Origin: Felis catus
Lineage: Eukaryota
Reading direction: 5' to 3'
NCBI RefSeq assembly: GCF_018350175.1
Contig: NC_058368.1
Location: 140,122,001-140,186,000 of the forward strand
Length of the DNA stretch: 64,000 bases
Below the pieces are notes generated by a model. It was not told where the DNA came from. It searched no databases and saw only the letters and a program-made list of their open reading frames with translations. Made by a program: the position numbers and the translations under genes. This document shows, piece after piece, positions 13,290 through 25,348 of this stretch (positions within the stretch are counted from its first letter, which is position 1; the number at the start of each line of letters is the position of its first letter).

Positions 13290-13760
13290 TGGAAAGATTA
13301 CTGGATGCTGGGTCCATACCAGCTTTGTGACTCTGGCAAGTCAAAACTTCTAAGCTGCAATTTCCCTTGTCCATAAAGAGAAGATTTCACCATCCGCCCT
13401 ACAAATCTCATAGTGGATGGTGATAATACATTAACATAATAATACATGTTAAGGTACTCTACAGATAGTACCTTATCTCTATAGTAATTAGATAATTAAT
13501 TAGAAAAAAAAAGAAGGAATTTTTATATAAAATTAGCTTTAGAATATAACCAGAACTGCAATCCTTCACTCATATGTTAAATATAGTAGGTTTCAATTTT
13601 GTTTCTGCTGCTGACTAGACACATAACCTTAGACAAGCTATTTAACCTCTCTGACTCAGTTTCTTCACCTGTCGTGCCTACTTACTTAGGGTTTTTGTGG
13701 GTATTAAGGACTGTAATGCATGTAAAGTATAGAGCAATGCGACTGGCTACAATTATTATG
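13290..13760 (+). mobile_element. Two MIR SINE remnants
   Basis: gctttgtgactctggcaagtc (about 13320) and taaccttagacaagctatttaacctctctgactcagtttcttcacctgt (about 13625). Confidence 0.65.
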
Positions 13761-16079
13761 ATCACTCATCTGGGTTAAATTCTCACCAACCAGTCTAAAA
13801 ATTTTGATCAAGGTTTATGGCCATTTTGGAAATTTGTGGTAAACAACAACAACGAAATATTTTTCCTTGAAACGGGGTTAATGTTGATGAGCATTTGAAT
13901 TATTCAGTAATTATTTTTGCTGTATCCTTTATTTGACTAGAGAAATATTTATAGGGACTATTTAATGGTCATATCTTTATTTTAGAGAGAACATTTCTTT
14001 TAGGTATGGTTAAAGTTTGTTCCACACAGAAGTAGCATTACAGTGTATTTGATTTTTCCTCTTGTTTGCATTTATCTATTTGATAAATCTACCATGAGCC
14101 AGGCATTATGTCTGGATTAACACCAGGGGTGCTGGTGCAGATGGGAAACTGGCTATGGCAAGAGAAAATCTACCAAGGAGAGCCCTCAAAATGTCTCCTT
14201 CCTAAGCTACTTCAATTGCATGACCAGAAATAACTCAGGCGCAGTCTTGGTTGGAGGTGGGGATTATGCCCTGTTCCAAGGGCAGCCCTGTTTCAGGTCT
14301 TTGATCTCCCTAGGGGAGATCCTTCATCAGATCCTCCCCCCACCTCCATCAACCTGAGCTCCTTGCAACACTTGGGCAATCTACCGCCAGGACAACTCCA
14401 ACCTAACTGCCTCCTGCCCAATCCCACCTACACAACGGAAGCCAGCCCAGAACCAAGTCAGGTGTATTTGTTCCAACTATCATGATGGATTAAATTCTCA
14501 TTTCTATGCAGCAGCAGCAGCTTGGAGTGAAGAGAAATAAATGTTGGCGAAGATATACTTGTAAGGGCTCATTAGAATATAGACACAGACTAGGAACTTC
14601 CTAAGAGCTGAAGGAGAATATTACAAGTACTGAACGTTCTATTTTTTCATTACTATAAAATTAAATATGGAACAGAATAAATTGGGAGATGATTCGCCTC
14701 ATAATATGAGTGTGACTAGAAGTTGAAATGGGAAATTAGTATTGTAAAGCAAATCTAATCATAGTTTGAAATATAAATAAGAAAATTTCAAGATCACTTC
14801 AGAATACTAAGATAAGTACATGTAGATTTTATAAAACTCTACTGTAATATTCTTTTATAATATTCTACCATGATCTTGTGCATCTATTCAAATTTAGAGG
14901 CCTTAGTATGAATGTATTAAATCATTTCCAAAGTTCTGAAAGTGATCACACTGAGGTGCAGTAAAGAATGGAATGTTGGTTTCCATTGTTTTCTATTACT
15001 AACCAAGTGTTTTTTATTGTTTCTATTACCAGAAACAAATAACTAAAATACATATTTTCTACTATTTTCAAATAGCATTTTATTTTCTAATATTTTTCTA
15101 ATTATTCTAAATATTTTAATAATTATTATTCTGATAATATTTCAATATCATTTTCTAATAATTCCTCAAAGGCTAGATTTGTCATCTTTATTCCAGCAAG
15201 GAACCTGGTTTGGCTCAGGAGATATTCATGTCAGAAGGAAGGAGATAAAACACTGCCCTCAGCCCACCTCAAGTTGTATTCTGGCCAAGAGTTACATCTG
15301 AATGTGTGCGATCATAGAACAAACCTTCTCCTCTTTGTACCCTTATTTTTGGGATAGAGAATCACACATGATTATTCTTATCAGCTGATACATACTGAGG
15401 CCCTGCTATATGCAGGATTGTATAAAATGCACAAAGACACAGAAACCTGCCCTCTAAAATTTATGCAACTGTGTTCATTCCCTTGAAACTTTGTTTCTAA
15501 AATGGACATTTTGAAGTAAAGGTACATCAAGAGAATTGTAAAAAGGCTCAAGTAATGTACAGAATGATGTTCATGTCAAATGCAAAGCAAAGACATTATT
15601 TTCTTTACTGGGACTTGTGTACATTTTGGTTCTTTTTTTTTTTTTTTATTGTCTTAGTATACAAAACTGGGAAGGGATGTTTAACTGAAATAGTTCTAAT
15701 GTTCCCGAGTTTTCTTTATCCATGAGACTAGGAGCTTAGTGGCCCCTAAAATATTTATTAAAACTGCTGTCATCTTTGTCTAATAAAAGCTGGGTGGGTT
15801 TTTTATTTGATGCAATTTTTAGAGTATGGGAAAAGGGGAAGGAGGGAGAGATCTGATGGATGGTTATGCGAATTTAGGTATCAGGATTTTATTATACCTG
15901 AGAAAAAAAGCCATGTCCTTTCCTATGTTCGATTGCTATTATTGCTTTATAGCTCTTTACTCTGGTGAATTGGAAAAAAATATTGAGAAATAGGAAAGGC
16001 TTTTTAAGACCATGTCACATGCTGGGGTCAATTTGAAGATGAAAGTATCAGAAGTAATATTACATTTCTTACCACGGCA

Positions 16080-16870
16080 GTCAGCCAAGTCATTGGAGTT
16101 GCTTTTAATTAAACCCTAATAAGCTCTCACAGAGGTACACAGACCAAAGCCATATCTCTTTTGAATTGAATGGACTTTTTTGACCACAAAGCAGGCGTTC
16201 GCAAGTACACACTATGGAGAGGCAGAGAGAGTCATCCCCCTTATCCACCATGTTGCCCTGCCTCCCAGCACGGCAAGCACTTCCTTCACACTGTGTATTT
16301 TCGTTGTGTCTGAACGAACACCTTATGCAGCACAGTGTGACGATGTGCTTTACCCCGGATGATGATAAAATTAGTCCACGCAACATTAACTGCAATTGCC
16401 TGCATCTAACTAGAAGGTGATTGGCCCTCCACAGCGCTCCTCTCCTTCTGGGAGCTGATGGATTGTTTACCCCCGTGGAATGGTCTTGCTCTGTTGCTCC
16501 AAACGCGTGTAAGAGCCCCGATAGTTTGTGTTCCACCTCCCCTAGGAAGGAGCTAAAAAACTCTTTGCCAGATTTCTTTGCAGCAAAGGCCCAGGCGTGC
16601 GTCCCAGGTTCTGCCAATCCTTTACAATCGTGTAATTTCTTCACAATCTTTTGTAAAGAAAGTGGGAAAGCAGCACCAGCAAGGCCATGTCCTAGCAAAG
16701 GCAGTGGTGGAGGTGGCGGCGGTGAAGTTCTGGCCTCCCATCGGTGGTAGAATTAGAGTTGGTGGCTATGATATCTTCTCTGGAACATCCCACACTGTAG
16801 TTTGGATGTTAACTTCCACCCAGTTGGGCTCTAAGCCTGTTCCTTTGATCTTCTCAGAGTTACTGGGAAC
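16080..16870. other. Non-repetitive, GC/CpG-elevated block; candidate distal regulatory element with overlapping ORFs of unknown status
   Basis: Stands out from AT-rich flanks; retains CpGs; TAATTA 16106-16111, ATTGG 16420-16424, TGTTTAC 16464-16470; 197-aa minus ORF with no ATG start and no homology I recognise. Confidence 0.35.
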
Positions 16871-17226
16871 TACTTAATAACGTTTCATAGAATCCTTTTC
16901 TGACTGAATGGTCTCATACTCTTTTGTTTACAACTAAGAATGCTGAGAGTTTTACAGATGGAGAATTTTTTTTAAACAAGCATTTTTATTCAGTTACCAC
17001 CGTCTTGTAACTTTACCTGTGCCAGAGATTTGCATTTAATTCTTAAAGGACTTATTCTTTTTTTTTTCCTCTGTGTGTTTCTAAAACACATTTGAGGAGA
17101 TTTAAACAACTTTAAACAGTTTGACATGATATCTGGAGAGTGATTCAGAAAGGCAGATGTACCCTGGGTGCCCATGAGCATTGTGAATCAACGCTCATAA
17201 ATTTTTTTAAAAAAAGAATAAAGTGA

Positions 17227-17442
17227 GGGGCGCCTGGGTGGCGCAGTCGGTTAAGCGTCGGACTTCAGCCAGGTCACGATCTCGCGGTCCGTGAGTTCGA
17301 GCCCCGCGTCAGGCTCTGGGCTGATGGCTCAGAGCCTGGAGCCTGTTTCCAATTCTGTGTCTCCCTCTCTCTGCCCCTCCCCCGTTCATGCTCTGTCTCT
17401 CTCTGTCCCCAAAATAAATAAACGTTGAAAAAAAAAAATTTA
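17227..17442 (+). mobile_element. Young felid SINE (SINEC_Fc-type)
   Basis: TSD aaaaaaagaataaagtga at 17209-17226 and 17443-17460. Confidence 0.97.
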
Positions 17443-18684
17443 AAAAAAAGAATAAAGTGAATAGTAACAATAAAATAGAGGGAGGCTGAGGAAGGAGAGC
17501 AACAGAAGAGCATGAAGAGTGTTGTAGCGCAAATATAAAACTGTGCTTAATCTAGACTTGTATTTTGTATACAGAGCAAGGAGCCCAAAGTGCTGCACAG
17601 TGTGGAGGGAAGATTAAAGTTAATACTGAAGGACAAGGGAGGATAACATGGAATGAACATCTGAGGAAGGACTGGAGGAAAAAGCAGATTGCAAATCTCA
17701 AGGTAGAGGCCTTCTTCAGAGAAACCACGGAGCTCAGGCCTGGATGCGAGAGGGAACAGGACCACGCCTTCAGCAGGAGTGAACCTCCCAGGGTGCAGGA
17801 GCCTTCCTTGAAGTGTAATCTTGCCAAAGCCAAAACACACACAAACAGAAATCAACAATATGTGCATTACGCCTGTTATGTAAGCATTTGGGGTTTTTCC
17901 TGGAGTGAGTCCCTTGGTTGAAGAATTTGTGTTTTAGTTTTGCACATTAGTTTTACACGTTGCATATCATTTTCTTCATTATTATCCCCCAAGCATTTGT
18001 CCAGTGCTCCTCTTTATGGGATATTTCACTAGGTCCTACTCACATGAAAGCAGGGAGAAACTGTTCTTGCCTACCAGGAATTTATAATTCAGATCTCGAG
18101 GAAGGCAGGAACTGGACTGAGACAGTCGGATGGTTGAGATCAACCCTTCCCTAACCTTTCCTTTCTTAAATACCAGTGTTCTGAGAACATCAGAATGCTC
18201 TTTAACTGTTAATATTTTCTTGTTGTTAAAGTGATTTTAAGATCAAACACAACAAAATTTTAAGAATGACATGCTTATGAATAATCAAAGGGACAACATG
18301 GAAAGCTATTTTCACCTCTTGCTTTTTCTCATAAGTATTAGATCTAAAAGAAACTTAAAAAGGAAAACAAACCTTGTAATTTATTACTATCTTTGATATG
18401 CAACAGGTCGGTTTTGATGTTCTTAATAGGTCTAATTTAATGCTAAACTTTAAACTTTCCCTGGAAGCAAAGTTCTCTGAATGCTTTATTTCCCCCCCCC
18501 CCCCCCCCCAGATTGTTGCATGGAATGGAAAAACAAGATTTCAAGGAAGAACACAATACTGATCTGAACATTCAGTGTATATAGCTTTAGAACATGAAAA
18601 CATTTATGGTTTTTAAAATATGTTATCTCTTGCCTGGTAAAATTTTCTTAGACTACATTACCCAACAGCAACCTGTGACTAAAA

Positions 18685-19460
18685 TTTGTCTTTCTCTGAG
18701 ACTGGCTTATTTCACTTATTTCGCTCTCCAGATCCATCCATGTTTTTGCAAATGGCAAGATTTCATTCTTTTTTAAGTCTGAAATATCCCATTGTGTATG
18801 TATGTACCACATCTTCTTTACCATTCATCTATTAAGAGACACTTGGGCTGCATCCATAATTTGACTATTGTAAATAATGCTGCAATAAACATAGGGGTGC
18901 ATCTATCTTTTTAAATGAGTGTTTTCATATTCTTTGGGTAAATAACCAGTGGAATTACTGGATTGATCATATGGTGATTCTATTTTTAATTTTTTGAGGA
19001 GTCTCCATACTCTTTTTCCATAGTGGCTGCACCAATTTGCATTCCTATCAGCAGTGCACAAGGGTTCCCTTTTCTCCACATCCTCAGTGACCCTTGTTCC
19101 TTATGTTGTTGATTTTAGCCATTCTGCAGGTATGAAGTGATAATCACATTGTGGTTTTGATTTGCATTTCCCTGTTGATGAGTGATGTTGAGCATCTTTT
19201 CCTGTGTCTTTTGGCCATCTGGATGTCTTCTGTGGAGAGATGTCTGTTCATGTCTTGTGCCCATCTTTTAATTGTATTACTTATGTTTTTGGTGTTGAGT
19301 TGTATAAGTTCTTTATATATTTTAGATATTAACCCTTTATTGGGTATGCCATTTGCAACCATCTTCTCCCATTCCATAGGTTGCCTTTTAGTTTTGTTGA
19401 CTGTTTCCTTTGCTGTACAGAAGGTTTCTATTTTGATTTAGTGTCAGTAGTTTATTTTTT
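18685..19460 (-). mobile_element. Carnivore L1 3' fragment
   Basis: ORF 19144-19377 [24 protein letters not shown] is the L1 ORF2 C-terminal region. Confidence 0.9.
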
Positions 19461-19543
19461 AGAAGGCTTATTCTTTGAACTTATTTTGGTTTTGATTTGA
19501 TTTCCTTACATTAAAAATAATTTTTATGTTATTAATTGTATTT

Positions 19544-19751
19544 AAAAAAATTTTTTAATGTGTATTTTTGAGAGAGAGACAGAGTGTGAGTGGGGGAGGG
19601 GCAGAGAGAGAAGGAGACACAGAATCTGAAACAGGCTCTAGGCTCTGAGCTGTCAGTGCAGAGCCCAATGCAGGGCTTGAACCCATGAACTATGAGATCA
19701 TGACCTGAGTCAAAGTCGGAAGTTTAACCAAGTGAGCCACCCAGGCACCCC
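19544..19751 (-). mobile_element. CanSINE
   Basis: TSD tattaattgtattt / tattaatggtattt. Confidence 0.94.
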
Positions 19752-19817
19752 TATTAATGGTATTTTTAAACTGCATTAAATTATTAAAGAAAATAGATGT
19801 GATCTAAGTTAATTATT

Positions 19818-20024
19818 TTTTTTAATGTTTGTTTATTTTTGTGAGAGAGAGCTCGCGCACATGTGCACCCGAGTTGGGGAGGGGCAGAGAGAGAGGGAGG
19901 CAGAATCCAAAGCAGCCTCCAGGCTCTGCGCTGTCAGCACTTGCGGGGCTCAAACCCACCAACCACGAGATCATGACCTGAGCCGAGGGGGATGCTCAAC
20001 CAACTGAGCCACCCAGGAGCCCCC
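19818..20024 (-). mobile_element. CanSINE
   Basis: TSD aagttaattatt at 19806-19817 and 20025-20036. Confidence 0.93.
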
Positions 20025-20099
20025 AAGTTAATTATTAAATAATTTTCACTTAAGATTTTTTTTGATGATGAAAATATATTGTTACTTTAAATTGTATTT

Positions 20100-21800
20100 T
20101 ATTGAATATTTATCAACTATTTGTAGTTCTTCCTTGTCAGTTTCCAATTTATTTCCTTTGCCCATTTGTCTCCTGAGGCCTTATTTTTTCCTTGATAATT
20201 TGTGTGAGTGTTTTGTGTAATAAGGCTATCAGTCTTTTTCATAATTTGTTGCAAATATTTGCTAGTTTTATGATTTTATATCATTTTTAACTTTAAAAAG
20301 TTCCCTTGTTATTTAGTCAGGTTCTCCACAGCAGGCTTTAGAAGCACTCAGTCCATGTATCAATAGTAGCATTATTCGTGATTTCTTTAAAACCATTTAG
20401 GGTCTGTATTAGTCATGTGTTATACTCCATTGGCTTTACAAGCTATTGTATGCCAATGCCAAACTGAATTATTACATCTTATGATGTTTGGGGAAGGGGT
20501 TCTTAGTATTGTCCTTTTTCCAAAACTGCCTATGCAATCTGTACTTATTTTATTTGCCTGGATGCACTTACAGTTGTTTTGATAACATCCTCCCAAATTC
20601 CTTAAGCATTATGTATTTTATTAAATCTGTGGGGCGCCTGGGTGGCGCAGTCGGTTAAGCGTCTGACTTCAGCCAGGTCACGATCTCGCGGTCTGTGAGT
20701 TCGAGCCCCGCGTCGGGCTCTGGGCTGATGGCTCAGAGCCTGGAGCCTGTTTCCAATTCTGTGTCTCCCTCTCTCTCTGCCCCTCCCCCATTCATGCTCT
20801 GCCTCTCTCTGTCCCAAAAATAAATAAAAAACGTTGAAAAAAAAATTTAAATCTGTAAATTGACTTTGGAAGAATAGACATCTTTCCAGTACTTAGCTTT
20901 TCCATTTAACAATGTGTCTCCATGTATTCAAATTTTCTTTTCAGTATTTTAGCAAACTTGATGATTTTATTCATATAGTTCCCACAATTTCCTGGCCAAG
21001 TTTACTCTTGGGTATTTTATATTTTCTCTTGCTTTTGTGAACAGGAGCTTTTGCCCTTATTGTTTGTAATGATTATTGCCAATATATAGGGTAGCTATGG
21101 ATCTTTGGACATTTAAATTCAGCCATTTTTCTTAATTTTTTTTCTATGTTTATATATATAGGGTCTTAACAACTACATATAATGATAGTTCCTTCTTCTT
21201 TTTTCCTATGATTATTTTTCAGATCTTTGGTCTATATTTTTATTCCATTGGCCAGTGCTTATAAAACCAAGATAAGTGATGTTGATGATAATAGGCCTTT
21301 TTATTTCATTCCTGATTTTAATGGGAATGTCTCCAATGTATCCCCAATAATAATATGGCTGTTGGCTTGATATAAAAATATTTTTGAGAATGTATTTTCC
21401 TATACCTAGATTTCTAATGAGTCAAGAGTGAGTGTGGGGATTAACATTTCATCATACATTGAGATAAAGCCATAGGACTTACTTTTGTGACCATATGATT
21501 ATTATTAAGACACTTCTTAATACTAAACTATGCTTTCATCCTGATAAAACCAATGAGATTATGGTGTACTCTTTTTCTTTTCATTGTGTCAAACTCCCCT
21601 TGCTGGCATTTTATTCAAGATTTTTGTATCTATATTCGTGATTGAGATTGGTCTGTAGTTTTTGTACTTTTTGTATTACTGCTCTGAGGTTTTTATATCA
21701 TGGTTTTCTATTTTCATAATTCATTCCCTCGCTTCCAATGGTTTTTTTTAATGCTTCAAAATGGTTAACATAGTAGCAATTATCTGATCTTAAAAAGGTT
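20100..21800 (-). mobile_element. Old L1 (L1M/L1ME) ORF2 remnant
   Basis: T-rich; degenerate antisense ORF2 motifs (ttcctgattttaatgggaatg; ttttgtatctatattcgtgattgagattggtctgtagttt). Confidence 0.7.
20631..20846 (+). mobile_element. Young felid SINE (SINEC_Fc-type)
   Basis: TSD ttaaatctgt at 20621-20630 and 20847-20856. Confidence 0.96.
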
Positions 21801-22819
21801 GAGAAAATAATATTGTTTCTAGTTCTATTTATTTATACCCTGAAAACTCCAAGAAGATCTGGAGTGTTTTCCAAAACCTATTTGAGGGGATAAAGTATAA
21901 CTAGGATGAAATAAACCATTTGTAGAGAAGGATCACAACTTCTACTGATACTAAAAATGGAAAGAAAAATTCCCTTGGGATTACTGAAAGACTGTGCTGC
22001 CTGAGCTAGTCATCAAAGCCCTCACCACCACCCCACAAATGAAGCTGGTTTTTTTTTTTAAATAATGTTCTGATATGCCAGCTTATGGCATAATATCAAA
22101 GCATGATTAATAAAATTGACAAAGTACAAAAAAAGTAAAGTGAAAAATAAAAAAAAGGAAAACCATCACAGGTACATAGCACTCTCCCAGAAGGTCTGCC
22201 ACAATATGGGAGGTAAAACATTCGAAGTATCAGATAGATGCATTGCCTGGTATTTGGGCCCTTCATTAACACTATTTTAGTAACCACTGAGCTTTTGATG
22301 AGGAATGAGGTATAGAAGGTTTGAAGTTATAACCACTCTGCCAAGAATCTGGGGTGCAGCTTTTCTGTATTGACGCCATATGCTTTGAAACTCAACCAAG
22401 GAGGAGAGGTACTGCCTTCTTGTGACAAGCCACCTCCCTGACTGTTAGCTGCTCTGGGGGTCTGAGCCGTGCCCTTCATTGCTGCATCCTCATACCCAGC
22501 TGCAGCCATGAGAATCTGTAGAATGACTCTTGCCTCAGATGGCCTTCTACCTTGTACTCTCTAACTTCTATTCAAGTCCTAGACTTTGTCAAGCCCTTGG
22601 CCATTCAGCTGCCCTGAACTGGATATTTCTTGTTTTGACTTGCACAGAACCACACAACCCTTGCCCTAAGAGTCACACCCTACTCTCCTGTTGCCCAGTG
22701 GCCCTTTCTCACATTCCCTGCGGTCCTGGTGGGCGTGTCCATCAGGGTGTCCTTGGTCCTCCCTTCCACTTGTCAAGTGCCCCAGGCTGGACCCTTCAGA
22801 CTCTCCCAAGAATACCAGG

Positions 22820-23048
22820 CTAGTGACACAAGAGCTAAAGGCAGAGGCAGCTGAATCAATCAGAAGACAGAGCCGTCAAAGAGGCTACTCAGAGTTCAGC
22901 AGTTTCCTGGCTCCTATCTTTCCCCAGCCTGACTCTTCACTTCTTCCTGTGGTTCTGACTGAACCTGTGGTTCACTTTTCTTCCAATCTCTCACCTTTTC
23001 TGGTCCAAGTTAGCCTCAGCTTCATTTTCTGTTGTTTGCAGACCCTAC
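22820..23048 (+). mobile_element. Probable ancient ERVL/MaLR-type LTR 3' portion
   Basis: Ends ccttttctggtccaagttagcctcagcttcattttctgttgtttgcagacc, resembling the conserved MLT1/ERVL LTR 3' end. Confidence 0.45.
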
Positions 23049-23074
23049 ACCATCACCATCACAAGTCTCAGAAT

Positions 23075-24480
23075 CATCTCACTGGATTCAAGCTTTGTAT
23101 AGCCCCTTTGGATTGTTGTCTCAGTCTGCTGGCTTGTCACTTTGGCTGCATCCCTGGAAGCCGTTGCTCAGGTCACTCTCCATGTTCTACAGTTTGGAAT
23201 CCAGTCCTGCCTCACATCCAAGACCAGCCCAGGGCCCTAGGGCCCCAGCACACATTGAGGATGCTAGACTTCTTTCATCCTGGCAAAAAAGACCAGGCAT
23301 GGTGCTCTGAGTTCCTGGGGGATTTCAGCAACCTGAACTCTTGTCAGATCTCTGCTGCCCACCTGCCTGTGTTCTAAGCAGAGTTTTGTCAACTTGTTGT
23401 CCTTGTTCTAAGGATCGTCAACAAGTGCCTTTCTTTATATGCAGATGTGTCCAGGTAAGATGAATAGGAGGTGCCCACCATAGAGACAACTGCACCTTTG
23501 GTATCCTACCTAGGCTTTGTTCTACCAGGCAAATGTCTACTGTCCCTGGGACCAAGGCCCTCTGCAAGAATACATGTGGCAACTTCTGATGGTGGCACTT
23601 CAGTATCCTTTTTTCCTGATGAGAATCCTTATATTTTCTGTAAGTAAGATTATGGAGCCCTGCCTTCTCCAGGACTCTGAGGTCTCAGCATGGTAGCCTC
23701 TAAGACCACTGCCTATTCCCACTGATCTCTGAGTTCTTTGTCCTAGAGTGTCTGGATCTTGTCTTCTCCTGGAAAGGTGATGCATGGAAGGTGGCCTTGA
23801 AAATTGTATTTTACCAAGATGACATTTAGCCTGTGTGTTAAGTTGCAGCCATCTTCTGGTATCTTGTGAAAACTGTGTTCTGTGACTTTTGGTCTTAACC
23901 TATCAGGATGATATGCCAAGGAACTCTCTTCATGGAGCATTCTGAGAACCAATGATCTGGAATATCGTCTACATACTTCTGTGCCATTCCTGCACTGCCT
24001 CTGAGAAAACCTAAAGAAATGTGATTTGGGGGATCTCTTTAATGGAAATCCTGGTCCAATTTCTGTTCTCCCAAGGGACTCTCTGAACCTACATCTCCAG
24101 AAAGCCTTTAGAAATGAGCTACTTCTTTTGGAAACAGGAGTTTCACAGCATTGAGGTGACCTCTGAGGTGGTGAGTCAGAGGGACAAGATGAAGCCCACC
24201 ATACTTTGAAGGCACCCTGTAGGAACCTGACTCTGACTCTTGTGGGATGAATGAAAAGGAAGTGAAAAGATGGTAAAAAGCTTCTTTCTCAGCATGTCAG
24301 AGAGCACGCAAATGCCTCATAGCCCCAAACACTGAACTCTTGGTAAACTACAGCTTCGTCCTTATGCCAAAATGAGACTTCCTACCCCCTCCCTTGGAAT
24401 TACCAATAGCCTGGGATGAGCTTGATTTGAATTTTCATCAATAGTAAAGGTGGGAAGCTGCTGTCTTGGGATTTAAAGAG
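23075..24480 (+). mobile_element. Decayed Ty3/gypsy (sushi-ichi/MamGypsy-like) pol fossil: protease - RT - integrase
   Basis: Manual translation across frameshifts, in order: LDSS 23082; YADV 23438; HRDNCTFGILP 23479; LQEYM 23562; DYGAL 23648; PLISEFFVLECLDLVFSWKGDAWKVAL 23719-23799; MTFSLC 23819; AAIFWYLVKTVFCDF 23845; YQDD 23901-23912; L*ENLKKCDL 23999; MEILVQFLFSQG 24042; EAHH..HP 24191-24218; KEVKRW*KASFSACQRARK 24256; PLELPIAWDELDLNF 24391. Confidence 0.8.
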
Positions 24481-25312
24481 AACCCCTGGCGAGTATGTGG
24501 GGAAGAGACACTAAGCTTCCCCTAATCCATCAAGCCCCATTGTTAAAGAACCTTTAATTCTGGACTGCCACTGAACACAGAAATGAACTTCAGTTTTAGT
24601 AAGGGAGATCTAGTGCCCACATAGGATGTCTTATTATGCAGGAATTGGTTAATATGGCACACAGGAAACTCTTGTTGAGGTTGGGAGTGGAGCAAAGACA
24701 TGGGTAGCTCAAAAATATTTTTATCAGCAAGGAATAGCTTTAGTTTAGATGTAAAGCAAGAGAAAACATGAATTAGACTATTAATACTAAGTGTTTCCAT
24801 TATTAACATTCATGGTGTTGCTACCTCTTAACAGAAAAAAAACAATTTGTGGCCCAAAAGTTGGTCAGCACCAATATTTATGGATCATGCCAAAACTGGA
24901 TGTGAGTCTAACTTCCTGAGAGCTTACTACATGCATTTTTAATAGTTAGATCATATGAGGAAATCAGCATGTCTATTATTAAAATAGAAAAGCTGAGTGT
25001 TAGAACACTGATTTGGAGAGGAAGATTTTACAAGACAAATTCTGAACATGGGAACAATAATTCTCCCTTGAGCAGGAGAATAATTTAAGATAATTTAATA
25101 TATTAACAAACCTGTGGTAGAATGTTAAAAAGGAAAATCTAGCTAGTGATAATGTGAGAGACCCAATGGGAACATTCAGATTTGAGCAATAAATCATTTA
25201 GATACAGATGATCCATAAACTTATTAGAGAGCTCCGAGCAGCAACAGAAATCACTGAAAGAAAAAGAGCAGGAAAAGTTTCAGAGAGATTACTTTTGCCA
25301 CAAAAAGCGTGG

Positions 25313-25348
25313 TGTGTGTGTGCGTGTGTGTGTGGGTGTGTGTGTGTG
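25313..25348. repeat. Interrupted (TG)n microsatellite
   Basis: Direct reading. Confidence 0.9.

Noticed and set aside
22691..23377. 228-aa + strand ORF as an intact gene
   Set aside because: TTG start; crosses an LTR-like segment and only partly shares frame with the protease remnant; treated as part of the decayed gypsy/LTR mosaic.
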